NCBI RefSeq assembly: GCF_001194135.2
Contig: NC_068983.1
Location: forward strand, 16,280,340-16,330,046
Reading direction: 5' to 3'
DNA: 49,707 bases
Source of the DNA: Octopus bimaculoides
Taxonomy: Eukaryota
Numbering within the stretch: the stretch's first letter is position 1; every line of letters begins with the position of its first letter. The notes under the pieces are model-generated. The model searched no databases, had not been told where the DNA came from, and saw only the letters and a list, made by a program, of their open reading frames with translations. Of this stretch, positions 1 through 13,084 are shown piece by piece. The translations under genes were made by a program, and so were the position numbers.

Positions 1-1004
1 TATATATATATATATATATATATTGCTCACTACATTTACAGTCCTTACAGTTAGAGACTCATGGTGGTAAGTGGATAAGAGTAGATATATATTGTTTAAG
101 AGATCAAGGTTGATAGCTTTAGTTACACAGGATTAAAAACAAAAAAAAAAAAAGGAAAAACATTAGAAACAAGTAGTGGTCAGTGTTGCCCAAAATTATT
201 CACTGGAGTATTTGACAATCTAGGATTGTCCCTTCCTCTGAAAGAGATAACAAGACAGCCCTTCCTCCTTCCCCCACTCCTACCAATGTACACACTTCAC
301 TATAATTACACTACTACTACTACTACTAAGTCAAAGTAAATGGAGTTGTCATTTTTGGCAATGAGGGTTCAGTTGTCTCTATCAACTCAATTGCCAGCTG
401 ACTGAATTTAGCAAGTGAGTGGCTGAGTATTTCAGATGGACATGTGTAGCTTTAATGTTATTCTGAGGCAGAATCAGTATAATACTGTGTATGACAAGAC
501 TGTATTGTTGAATTACTAGTACAATCCATCTAATGGGCTTCCACAAAGTTTTTGTCTAACCATTTTCACTCACAAGGAAATAGTAAAAAAATACTTGCCT
601 AAGATGCCATATTGTGAAAGGTGGACCTCATGATTGCAGAGTATACTTTTTAACTATTCAATTATACTGCATCTGTACTACTACCACATCACTACTTCAG
701 TATGTAATATTTATTTTAATTATAAACCTGAGTTTAAAGAACTTAAATACATAAACATCTCCCAAATATATACGGTAATACTTTTCCATAAGAGTTGGTA
801 ACAGGAAGGGCATTCAGCCTCAATGCAAGTATGGATAAGTGGACATTAAAATGGTGACAATGATTTTTTTAAACAGTTTCAAATAAAGGAAGCACATACC
901 AATGTTATTTTGCATATTTTTGAACAAATAATGTTGAACAAATAACAGAACCTAACAAAGTCTTCTAAATTAAATTACATCGTTAACAACTATATAATGC
1001 AATA

Positions 1005-1545
1005 ATGCTGCTAACAGTTCTGTATGGTAGTGAAACATAGAGAGTGCCAGCAAAGGTGGCCATGAAGCTGGATATGTCCTACCAATGATGTCTACAGAAG
1101 ATCTTCAAAGTCATTTGGCGAGATAGAATTACAAACGTGGAAATTATTCTCAGAAGCAAATCCTAGCCCCTACAAAACATTAGGACACCGCATTGGTTTT
1201 GCTTGGCAGATCACAATTTACACCTGCTCAACATACAATGACATAAAAAAACTGCAATGACATGGGCACCAAAAACAGAAAAACAAGAGAAGGGACAGCC
1301 CCAAAATACATGGAGATGGATAGTCCAGGAAGACCTCAAATACACAAGAACTAGTTGGACAAGACATCAAAAAAAGAAAAAGAAAAACAGATGAAGAGCC
1401 AACCCAAGAACATCAGGAGCTGGATAGTCCATGAAGACCTCAAATGCACAAGAACCAGCTGCACAAGAGAAAAAAGAATTATAGTACATTGGCCACACAG
1501 GATGAATCTTGTTGTCTTCTGCATCTCACAAAAAGCCTAAATAGT
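1005..1545 (+). mobile_element. RTE-clade LINE remnant (post-RT C-terminal region)
   Basis: VLYGSET*RVPAKVAMKLD...CLQKIFKVIWRDRITNVEII, then AMTWAPK...GQPQNTWRWIVQEDLK..TSW, matching the RTE pattern LYGxETW / CLRxI / WxDxITN / GRPKxTW. Contains stops and frameshifts. Confidence 0.85.
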
Positions 1546-1804
1546 AGACGTATACATTACATATCATTAAATCCAAAATGTTCAAAAGGAAAAGAATTAA
1601 CATTCTATTTAACAAAATACTTTAAATTTTTCAATTTACTTTTGATTTTTAACAATTACAATTGAAAAAATATATATACAAAACCACAGTTAGCAACTTT
1701 ATCTCCTGGGTGAGCAAAAAGCTACCTCCTGATAGGGAAGCCCTTTTGTAAGGTATTGTGTGACATAGTCTGGAACTAAGAATAATATATTTAGAGAATA
1801 TATT

Positions 1805-2000
1805 TGTTGTTGTTTAGCCACATACCAGTCCTGACTGAGAAGACCTATGATGAAAAGTGTTCAAGCAATGACTATTCCAACTGGATTTTAGATAGTGTAT
1901 CTAGGGGTATATAATTTAATATACCTTTGTGATTTAAGGGAGGTTTGACTGCTGTGTCTGGCAAGTTGAGCAATGGGAATAGAAGCTCCTTCGCTGGTTC
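1805..2000 (-). mobile_element. Unclassified interspersed repeat with an (AAC)n tail
   Basis: GTTGTTGTTTAGCC...ACCTATGAT...GGGAGGTTTGACTGCT.. recurs at about 4445-4645 (opposite strand), 5770-5895 and 26770-26952. Confidence 0.6.
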
Positions 2001-3154
2001 ATAGGAAATATTGTTTGTTAACACTGGCAAAATGTAAAGATAGAGACTACATAATGTTGTCTGGCTGCAACAATAAGTGGCAAAATAACCTATTTCTCTT
2101 TATGAAGTTTGACAGTTTACCAATTAGACTAACTTCATTATTTGGTAAAATAATGAAAATGAATGGATTTTTACTCCATCAATGTGAAACAGTTATTACA
2201 ATTAATGAAAGGAATCAGTTGAAGAAATTAAGTTTTAGCTTCCATATACTGTAGGTCCAAAAACCATAGTCCTAATAATAAAACGTTACATTCTGATAAG
2301 AAAGTTTCAATTAAAAGAGCAATGCTAAGGTTTCAACTGATATTTGTTAGTTGTGTTTAACATGTAAAAAAGGTCTGGTGCTAGATGTAAGCATTTACTT
2401 TGATGAGAATATGGGAAAAGAGTTCATTGAAGATAAACGTGGCACCATGTGAAATTGAGGAAGAAATATAAACAGCACTAGGAGAGCCATCTTTATCCTG
2501 AAGATCACATTACTAATTTGCAATAGTTTTTCTTCAATTGTCTTAACTCAGAATTTTTATCTGATTTAGGTCTACTTTCATTCTCACCCATTTCAATGCT
2601 AACCAGATTCACATTCTTTTCACAATATAGAATCTATAGAATCTATTTTTACCAAGCACAAAACATTAATTTTGAAGAGATGAGTACACAGTTAATAAAA
2701 GTGGTCCCTAGTATATTACTGTTGAGAGTTTCAGTTATGACTAGGATATCAAATAGCTGTCTGTGAAGATCTAAAACCTTCTACTACATCACTAGCACTG
2801 CATTAATGCCAACATACTAACACTCGAAAAGAAAAGAAAAAAAAGAAAAAATAGCACAGGCCAGGTTGCTGTAAATTGATACCATAAATAAAGCTTATTT
2901 TGTTACAAACAACAGGAACATTCTACCATTGACCTAACATGTGTACTTATTGGTTTGTAATACTTAAATTAAATCCTACAGTTTGGAAAGCATCCTGGAT
3001 ACATTACATGAAGACAAAGTCTTCTGTGTTGACTTGGCAATTAAATAAGACTCTTCTTCATGGTTGGCACACATAATCAAGCATAAATTGGTAGAAGCTA
3101 TTTTTCTTTTTTAATATATACAGTGAAAGAACTTTAGAGATGTTTTGCTCCTTT

Positions 3155-3460
3155 TTAGGATTACAGACCAAAGGTATTTGCATAACCCTGACCACAGGTT
3201 TTGTAGAATACTGCTGGCCAACCTGGTGTAGAGAATCTTGCTCTAGCCTTTCCTCTTCTTTCTTCTTGCTCCATCAAGTTCAATGCCGCAATATTTATTT
3301 CTGCCACTGTTTGCAGTCAGTTGCTGTCTACTCCCATGCAGTCACAATCAGGCCACTCATTTCATTGGAATGTTGTTTGATGACATCTTAATAACAGAGT
3401 TTCAGACTCCGCTTTGATAGCTTCTGCATATTTTTCATGGAACTCACCCATATCATATTA
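3155..3460 (-). mobile_element. RTE (BovB-type) LINE C-terminal remnant with decayed zinc finger
   Basis: Minus strand KLCY*DVIKQH...AWE*TATDCKQWQK and FYKTCGQGYANTFGL*S resemble KxRYKDxxK / WExxAxDRxxW and the terminal CxxC..GLxSH. Confidence 0.6.
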
Positions 3461-5374
3461 CAGATGATATATTATCAAATGTAAATGGTGAAAGGTAAAA
3501 TAAAATTTACTGCAAGTTATAATAAGAATTGTGACATATCCAGCTTGTTAGAATTTGAACCACCACCCACCTACACATCATAGTGAACCCTTCTTGGTTC
3601 TATCGCTGGCCACCATATAGTAAAAATGTAAGTATGGAGAAGATTCTAGGGAGCCATGTTCTGGGAAGAAAGGACTGAGTATAGTGGCTAGTGCAGGGCT
3701 GATGGGGAGGTTAGATGCAACAAAAGAGATGAAAAGTGGAAAGTAAGCTGAGAGTTACGAGATCAGCTAACTACAAGGAACAGAAGCTATTATAATAGTG
3801 ACAGAAAAGACAGAGAGAAGGGACAGCACACCTGTAGGCTTGAGCCTGGCATGTGCCTGTTAATAGAAAAATAGCTAAGACTCTACTTTCATTAAAGAAG
3901 TGGCTATGCTCAAAATGATAGGTAAAATAGATATCATATGTGGCGGATGCATATGAATACTTAGCAGTAAAATGCACATGAAATCAATTCCTTCAGGTGG
4001 TCAGAAAGGTTTCTAGAATTAGTCAATAGATTTTATTACCTAGGTGCTCTAATTAACAATGGAGCATTCTGAAAACAAAGCTGTCAGAATAAGGATCATC
4101 ATCACAGGACAGAAAGGACTCTTTAAATCTTATGTGAGATAAAATAATTTCTCTAATGATGGTGCAACAATAAAATGCACTTAACATGTTCTGTAATGTG
4201 GCTGGGTAGAGGAAGGGCAACCAGCCATATAAACTATACCAAAAAGTGTAACATATAAACAAGATTTAGTCCTTGGCTCAGTTAGGACAGTAACTCCAAA
4301 TGTGATCTGACTTGGTCGTAATGACCTATCCAACATATGCTAACATGGAAAGGTGGAAGTAAAACAATGATGGTAAATGTAAGTTAACTCAAAATTAGAT
4401 TCAGTAATGAAAAGTATTAAGAACAGACTTCATCCCACATCCTGTGAGTGAGCTGCTTGTCCTATTTGAAATAGCAACAAAATCTCCCATAAATCAAAGC
4501 CACCCACTTAAAAAAAAAAAAGAAACATTATGAATAATGTAGTCTTGGATAGACTATGTCTGTTAAAATGAGATGAACAGTTATAGCTTGAACACTTTTG
4601 ATGAAAGGTCGGCTTAATCATGGCTGACTTGGGCTAAACAACATCCATTGAAAAGAGGCCATTAATATAACTAGGTAATAGAAATAGTTTAAATGAATGA
4701 TAGTTCATAAAGGTATGTACAGAGCTGAACCAGATATACAAACAAGAAAGAAGATTAAAAAGGACATAAAAATATGCATTGAGTGATTACTAATTGGATC
4801 AATGAACATCAGTTTTATAATAACCCTTCTCAAAACTATGGACATTGTAAACCTTACAATGATTTCATAGAAAGATGATGTTAGAGATAAATATCTCCAT
4901 GACAGCCACTTATCATAGAGGCTTAGAAGCAGGATTTGTTGCATATTTCTAAAGGAAAAACCTATAGGCTGTGGGATTTTCACTGACGTTAAATCAAACA
5001 TAAAGCATGCAGTATACAGAGTACCATGAAGTTGTGATGGAATCTTTAATTTGAAGAAAGATGGTTTGAGAAAAACAAATAAACAAATACCTGGAACTAT
5101 AATCTATAGTGAAACAACTTTCGGAGTAACATGTGGTAGTTAAAACTTTGTGAAATATGATTGAGAAGTCCACTTAAATGGGTTGCTCAAATAGTTAACT
5201 TAGCAGTACAAGGAGGTACATGAAAGAAAGAGGACAATTATTCAAGGGCAAGATTATTTGAATTTAAAAGCTAAACTATATCTAAGTTGAAAGATTATAT
5301 GTGACAATGTAGCAGTGATTGTTTTAGTAACAATAAAATTGATGGTCATAGTTTTACAATGCTCACTAAACATT

Positions 5375-5409
<35 letters not shown>

Positions 5410-5419
5410 NNNNNNNNNN

Positions 5420-5449
<30 letters not shown>

Positions 5450-5452
<3 letters not shown>

Positions 5453-5742
5453 TAATCCTTTGACTATTGCAGGTGTTATGTTCCAAAAACCCCTGCGATA
5501 GGTGAAAATCTGCAAAGTAGAAACAGTATTCATCATCATCATAATCGTCATTTAGCATCCGCTTTCCATGCTGGCATGGGTTGGATAGTTTGACTGAGGA
5601 CTGGCAAGCCAGAAGGCTGTACCAGGCTCCAAAATTATTTTTATAATTTGTATATATCTATTTTATTACAAATGCAAAACAACACCACAGAGGAATCGAT
5701 GTAAGCTTAAATAATAAACTGTGATATGGCGAAGGATTACTG
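5450..5742. mobile_element. TA-flanked pogo/Tigger-like MITE, interrupted by a (GAT)n-tailed retroposon fragment (about 5531-5630)
   Basis: TA|GAGTAATCCTTTG at left and CGAAGGATTACTG|TA at right, consistent with a CAGTAATCCTT TIR. Confidence 0.65.
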
Positions 5743-7011
5743 TATAGTCATACCATCTTTATCATAGGCTTTTCATGTCTATGACTACCAATGAGAACAC
5801 CTACTTTTTTCAAAGAGTTGGGTGTAACTTGAAGGAGAGTTGACTGCTATTTCTAACAAACTGATGCATTACAAAGAGGCTTCCCTACTGGCTCATTAGT
5901 TCTGGTGTTGGTGTCAGAACTGACCATGCCAGTCTATATCTACATTGATTTGAAAAGGTACAACTGTACTGTGCAATGTGAAGCATGCATATTGGCATGT
6001 AAAATAATTTATTATACACTGAAATTATTATTACACGATGAAGGCTGCGAAATGGCTGTAATCCGGCAGATGTGAAGTAGTCAGATATATTCCCCTCTCA
6101 AATCTCCTGATTTTTTTTTATGCTCTATATATTCCTCATGAAATAATTCCATTGAATGAATCTCTTGGATTTCAGCTGCAGAGAACTCTGCATTACACTC
6201 CTCAGTATTGGATTACTATGCAATGAATCCATATACTGCACTACAAATTTATATGTGTATATATATATAATTGAAAAAATTGGAGTCTACAAGATGGGGT
6301 ATGGTAGGACATTTTTTAATCACTACAATTGTTTCCATGCAACGTAGTTCTCCAGGTGTGCAGGTTCTTGATTATGCAACTGTTTGCCTGCATTATGAGA
6401 TCTAGTTGTGTTTCCTCAGGCGATATGTAAGTTTAAAATTGTCTCTGTAAGTTTAAAATCCTTGATTTCAAGAACATCCTCTCTGTCTGTCATGGCCTGA
6501 ATTTAGTAGTAGTCACTGAGTTTATCAGGGTGTATTGTTGCTGATGGGCCATTGGCAAACTGCTTTGAAGGTGTAGATGTAGTTGGATGGTGATTCTGTT
6601 ACTGTTAAAAGTGGTTGCCATTTTAAAAAGATTGGCATTTTTTCAATTATCTATTCACACATGACAAATGCCCAAACACAAACCTGGAAATACATATAAT
6701 ACTATTACTGGATAGTACAGGGTAGATCAGGGTGGATGAACTTCAAACTATACTGTACTACATTCTTAACAGAATATACCATAACTATATATATATATAT
6801 ATATNNNNNNNNNNNNNNNNNNNNNNNNNNNNNNNNNNNNNNNNNNNNNNNNNNNNNNNNNNNNNNNNNNNNNNNNNNNNNNNNNNNNNNNNNNNNNNNN
6901 NNNNNNNNNNNNNNNNNNNNNNNNNNNNNNNNNNNNNNNNNNNNNNNNNNNNNNNNNNNNNNNNNNNNNNNNNNNNNNNNNNNNNNNNNNNNNNNNNNNN
7001 NNNNNNNNNNN

Positions 7012-7054
<43 letters not shown>

Positions 7055-9486
7055 GATACATATATATATGTACAATAAGTTTCTTTCAGTTTACATCTAA
7101 TAAAATCCACGCACAAGGTTTTGGTTTGGGTTATACTAGAAGACTCTTGTCCAAGGTGCTGCACAGTAGGACTGAACCCAAGAGCTCATGGCTGGGAAGC
7201 AACTACATATATTTGCTATATAGAATAAGAAGATTTTTGTTTGCTAAAATGTGAAAATGCTACAAGTGAGAGGTACCAGCTGTCCCATAACAATGAGGAA
7301 CAAAGGCCTCAGATTCCCTTACCAAATTGAGGTAGTAACATTTTATAGGGTCATAAAGCACCGAGCTTCAATAAGAGATAATAGAACTCTGAATTAATTA
7401 TGATTTGCTGGGGTGTTTAAAACATACATTAAAATACTATTTCAACAGTATTGATATGAATAAAGATGTAGATAAGTTATATGTCAACACAGAGAGGCCA
7501 GGATAGGCTGCTGCAAGTAAATAGAGAATGAAAAATAAAAAAAATGATAACATTCCAAAGATAATTCAAATGCTTTACTCTAAGTTATATAGTGTGTGCT
7601 AGGTTAGGTTCACATGTACCCAAAGCTTGCAGACAAACATCTTATGTTAACATAGGAAGCAAACTGATAATAAATCAGTTAAAATTCACTCATGACATGG
7701 CACAATATTAAACCAGTATCACTTCATATTCTAGCAAATGGACAAGAATTGATTAGATTCTTTGTCTTAATATATTTTAAAAATGATAAATAAATAAATA
7801 AACGGTACAAAAGCTAACAGAAGTAATTCTATTAAATAATATATAATATAAGAGCAAACAAAAATAGACTCAATAACACAATAATTATTGATATGAAGAG
7901 TTTTATAACAGAACACATATTGCTGACATGCAATCCCTAGATAAATCAAAAAGAACTGATGTAGTCAGACAACAGGAGAAAGCTAAGCAACAAACTTGTC
8001 TCTCCCAAACAAACTGATTCATATCTTGCAATCATTTAAGGATTCCATAAAATTCCACCTAGCCATTATTGGCCTCGTTCAGAATAGAAAACCAAACAGG
8101 AAAATAACCTATTAAATATATGGCTTTTTGGTAATAACTGTTTCTACAATATAGGCACAAAGCCTGCAATTTTAGGGAATGGAGTAAGTTAATTGCATAG
8201 ACCCCAGTGCTCAACTGGTGCATATTTTGATTAATCCTGGAAAAAAAAAAAAAAAGAAAAAAATTAATGGGAAAAGTTGATCTCAGTGGGATTTGAACTC
8301 AGAACATAAAGAGCTGAAAGACATGCCACTAAGCATTTTGTATGACACACCAATAATCCTGCCAGCTTGCTACCTTATAAAAGTAGTAAAAATTACCACC
8401 GCCACCACTGCTACTGCCACCACTCTGCCACAGCCACCACCATTACCATCATCATCTGCTTTACCATGCTTGTATTGGTCAGACATGATTCACTGAGACA
8501 GGTTTTCTACAGCCAGCTGCTCTTCCTCTTTCCAGGCAAGGTAATATCCCTCCCCCTCTGTCCAAACATGTTTTCAAAGAAGATTGAAAATAAACGTCAC
8601 CACTTGTATGAAGGATGAAGTTTGTTTACATTTAGCATGTGATGCCAAGCCAAGGAGACATGCACTTTCTCTCTCTCTCTCTCTCTCACATATGCACACA
8701 CATATATGTGAATATTCCTATGTATGCATGTATATATCTACTCATACATACACACATACGTACATACATACATACATACATACAAACAATGGGCTCATTT
8801 CAGCTCCACCTATCATATCTACTCACAAGGCTTTGGTCAATCCAGGGCTATAGTTAGAAGACACTTGCCCAAGATGTCATGCAGTGGGACAGAACCCAAA
8901 ACCACTTATTTGAAGCCTGTATCTTTTCCTATTTTGCCAGTAACCTTGAGAAAGGCATGAATGTCACACAATTTCATTGTCTTCTCTTCTACTGAGATAT
9001 TTTGCATAGCAGTTTTTTGACATCCTCATCTTTCATTCTGAGTTCAAACACCATCAAGGTGAACTCTACCTTTCATCCTTCCAGAGGCAATGAAAATGTA
9101 CCATTCCTGGGTGGTGCACTGACAAGACTGTAAAAACATCAGATCAGATGCTTGATGGTATTTTCCCAGGTTCTTTGTGTTCCAAGTTCAAATCCCACCA
9201 CAGCCTACTTCAGTGGATGGAGCTAATCTGTTGCCTGAATTTGCACCATCTTTGGACACCTCGAGTACCTTTAACAAAGCCCTCTCTGTTGCAAGCATTT
9301 GCACCAGGTCTCCAGTTTGGGGACACAGTTCTCTCTGTCTGGCTGACTTACTCACTCTCTTTCACTCTCTCTACTTCTCCTTCCCCCCATCCCTCCATTT
9401 TAGAGGCTCTGTAAAGAGTCAGGGCACTGCCTTTCCTCTGACTAAAACAAAAAAAGAACTATTAAACAAAAATTGTTAATCAAATG

Positions 9487-9643
9487 GAAGTGTGGCTGTG
9501 CAGTTAAGGAGCTTGCTTCCCAACCATGTGGTTTTGGGTTCAGTCCCACTGTATGGCACTTGGGCAAGTGTCTATTATTATATCTCTGAGCTGATCAAAG
9601 CCTTGTGAATGGATTTGATAAATGGAAAACTGAAAGAAGCCTG

Positions 9644-9679
<36 letters not shown>

Positions 9680-10085
9680 ACACGAGGATTGTAAATGAGC
9701 ATCACTGTTATACAAATGTTGTTGTTTGTTTCTAGTCATCCATAAAAAACATGCCTAACCATGGGGAAATACCTCGTTTGAAAACAGGTGAGGGTTAGCA
9801 ACAGGAAAGGGATCCAGCCGTGGAAAAAAAAGTATCTCAACAAATTTCTTTTGACCTAAGTAAGCATGGAAGAAAAGGCATTAACCCATTAACATATCCA
9901 GCGAAAATATTCTACCTGTTTTATGCTCAAACCAACTAGATCTGGTCTGTCACACCTACCCTACAACGTCATTCTAAAAAGTAAAGAATCAAATCGTGCA
10001 TGATTAATTCAAGACAGTGTGAATAAAGAAGGTATTATATTTGACAGAGTAATTAGACTGCTAAAGGGTTAAATGATGATGCTAT
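9487..10085 (+). mobile_element. Family A SINE with the alternative (GAT)n tail, carrying a MITE insertion
   Basis: Same head and core, then (TG)n, then ...GGTTAGCAACAGGAAAGGGATCCAGCC...GCATGGAAG...[MITE]ATGATGAT. Confidence 0.8.
9881..10072. mobile_element. MITE family 1 copy inserted in a SINE tail
   Basis: TTAACCCATT...CTAAAGGGTTAA with the same interior as 10151-10379; it splits a ...TTAAATGATGAT tail. Confidence 0.8.
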
Positions 10086-10150
10086 TGAAGCTGGATGATA
10101 GGCAGAATCAGTAGAGAACAACAGGCAAAAATCTACTATAGCATCCTTCC

Positions 10151-10379
10151 TTAACCCTTTAGTATTCAAACCAGCCACATCCGGCCAAAATATTTAGCTT
10201 ATTTTATGTTGAAGCTGGTTAGATCCAGCTTCTCACCTCAATCCTACAATGTCATTCTAAAACTAAACAATCACATCATTGAAGTCTCAAAGCTATGAGA
10301 TAATGTAGGATTTAATTCCAAACAATATAAATAAACAAACATTATATCTGACAGAGTAATCTGAATACTAAAGGGTTAA
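10151..10379. mobile_element. TTAA-flanked MITE family 1 (piggyBac-like termini)
   Basis: Perfect 18-bp inverted ends including the TSD: TTAACCCTTTAGTATTCA ... TGAATACTAAAGGGTTAA. Confidence 0.85.
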
Positions 10380-11089
10380 AATGTGTGCCTATGTTAGAAA
10401 TCATTATGAACCAGACTATTATTAGTAAATTCATCTTCAATGCTTGTGTTTTTTATTCACATGATGTTTCCTTCACTCAGTTAAATGTCCAATTGTTTTC
10501 TAGCATATTTCTGCTGCTTAGCTATTTTTTTTATATAATACATTCACAGCTAACAACCAGTGCTGGCACTCATCAAACCTCTCACGGATTATTTATTTAT
10601 TTCTCGGTTTTGTAACAAATTTTCCAAAACATAAAAGTTTTTCAGCCATACAATTCCTCTCCCTCTACATAAAAATTTTGTTCGTTTGCAGATCAAATTA
10701 AAGTGTCTTAAAAGCCACTCTAATGGAAATAATAAAAACATAAAAAATAGATGAAAAAAAAAAAACAGTTATCTGGTTTTAAGTTATAATTTGGTAAAAT
10801 TAAAAACAATGAATGCATTTAAATTCATAAATTATAAGATCTGAACAATAAAATAAAAAGGAAAAAATAAAAAAATAAACAAAATAGAGAATTCATTCTT
10901 CAACATAACATTTGGCAACCATTTTTACATGCAGTTGAAAAATTTTGAAGCAAATATTGATAATACATGTTTATTCCGTTTATAAAAACAAGAGATGATA
11001 AGGTCTAGCCAGAAGCACTGGACAAAATAATTGATTATCTAATGCACACAAGTATAATGTTTCTAGCCTTAGCCTTCGCACTATAGATT

Positions 11090-11128
<39 letters not shown>

Positions 11129-11152
11129 NNNNNNNNNNNNNNNNNNNNNNNN

Positions 11153-11210
<58 letters not shown>

Positions 11211-11544
11211 TGATGTAGTAACAATACCTCCCTGGTTGATTGCTGGAAACATTAAACACACATGCAGTCTGTATTGGTCCCACCACCACCACTACCATCA
11301 TCATCACTCTCTTGTATTATCTACAAAGCATTTTTAGCACAAATCCCACACTTATTCCAATAATAACACGAGCATGCTATTATAAAGAATATATCTACTA
11401 AACATTCTTAAGCAGCTTAGATAGTTCCTTGATTAAATTAACAAATTTCTGACACAAGTTTGGATTATTTATAAATAATAATTGTTATTATTTCCTGCAA
11501 TGGCAACAATAGAATGGCCATTATTACATATAGCAATAACTGTT

Positions 11545-12125
11545 AAGAATTTTGATACAAGGCCCAGTAATTGTGTGCATGTGTGGGGAGGCTGCTGACT
11601 ACATCAACCCCAGTACTTTGCTGATACTTGATTCTGCCAATATTCCAAAAGGATGAAAGGCAAAGTTGACTGCAGCAGGATTTGAGCTTAGCATGCATGT
11701 CACATAGAATGATTTTTGATTTTAGGCAAAAAGATAGGATTTTTTCGGGAAGGATTAGTTGATACCATTGATCTCAGTACTTGGCTAGTAGTTTAATTTA
11801 TCAACCCTGGAGGTTGGGATGACCTCAATGGGATTTGAACTCAGATCGTATAGAGACAATAGAAAAACCACGAAGCATTTTTTCCAGTACTATAAATATT
11901 CTGTTAGCTAGCTACCTTCAACAAATAATTTAAACACAAAGCCAACAATTTTGAAGGGAAAGAGGGATAATCAGTCACATCAGTGCCAGGACTTGACTGG
12001 ATCTTTATATTAACCCTGAAAGGATGAAATTCAAAGTTGACTTTAGCAGGATTTGAACTCAGAACCATAATTAAATATTGCAAAGCATTTTGTTTGATGC
12101 TCTAACACTTCTGCCATTCCACACA
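11545..12125 (-). mobile_element. Cluster of three same-orientation family B SINE copies
   Basis: Repeated GGATGAAAGGCAAAGTTGACT...GGATTTGAACTCAGA...AAGCATTTT blocks. Confidence 0.75.
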
Positions 12126-12982
12126 ATGCAGCAACAACAATCTTCATAAGTTATAAAAAATACTCTGAGTTTTAAAATCAATGATAGATTTCTAAAACAT
12201 ATTTAATTAATGTTCAAAAACACCCTAGAACCAGATGTAGACTCCGTAATAGGTTAATAAGAATTCAGAAGTTAGTGGACAATCTTCCACTAACTAGTGC
12301 ATGGGATCATACAAGGCTGTAGCAGCTAATTACTTTTTACCATATAAATTAAAATGAAATATATTAAGTATCCATGGCACTTTTAGAATCTTGGGTGCCA
12401 AATCATTATCAGTGACAGTGAAAGTGGTGTCATTTCACAGTTACTCTTCCATGCCAGTATGTATTGGATTGGTTTTCTGAGATGGTGTTTAATGGCCAGA
12501 TGCCCTTCTTGTTAGCAACCCTTTTAGCTGCCCTTGCAACATACTGATTCTAGAGCCAAGATATGCACAGTACTTTTACAGTATCAATGATTGCAATGCA
12601 ATTCTCTAAAAAGAGATTCACCTGGAAGTTGACAATAATCATTCTTGAAAGCTAGATTCTAGTCAAGAGTTTTATCTGCAAGCCTCCATGCTTGAAGAGT
12701 TGAAAAAAATGCCACATCTCAAATCACTTGTGTTTGCATAACAATGTGTTTAATCACATTTTGTACATTTGGTTGTCTGTTGTTTCTGAAGCAGCATGGC
12801 TTGGATGAGAATTGATTTTTAGACAGAATTTTACAGCAAGATGCTCTTCCTGATGTCACTTCTAATCTGTTTATCAGTTAAAAAGATTTATATATTCCAC
12901 AGGTCTTTGAACGTGCAGAGCAACTGGTTACAATGTCAAGATCAGCACTGCTCCACTCAAACACTGACACGTCAAATATCAA

Positions 12983-12986
<4 letters not shown>

Positions 12987-13063
<77 letters not shown>

Positions 13064-13084
13064 ACTCACTCTCTCTCTCTCTCT
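12987..13084. repeat. Compound (CA)n/(CT)n microsatellite
   Basis: Directly visible. Many other (TA)n, (CA)n, (GA)n and (AAT)n tracts occur, e.g. 1-23, 11095-11208, 17474-17493, 20729-20787, 23565-23634, 46413-46477, 47320-47391 and 47933-48015. Confidence 0.97.

Noticed and set aside
6421-6460. Apparent 7-nt plus-strand micro-exon (cctcag|GCGATAT|gtaagt) with a duplicated GTAAGTTTAAAAT
   Set aside because: No supporting neighbours on this strand; such motifs arise by chance, and the 20-bp duplication is ordinary slippage.
6270-6690. Unique-looking stretch checked for LINE or Penelope coding remnants
   Set aside because: No convincing motif in any frame by manual translation; needs BLASTX.
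6705-7254. Long track ORFs spanning N-runs and (TA)n (also 5366-5558, 11035-11307, 27660-28283)
   Set aside because: Artefacts of gaps translated as X and of dinucleotide repeats (YIYI, THTH, LSLS).
12270-12299. 10-bp hairpin AGTTAGTGGA/TCCACTAACT followed by CTAG-like sequence, suggesting a Helitron 3' end
   Set aside because: The hairpin overlaps the CTAG instead of lying about 10 nt upstream; no 5' TC end or second copy found.
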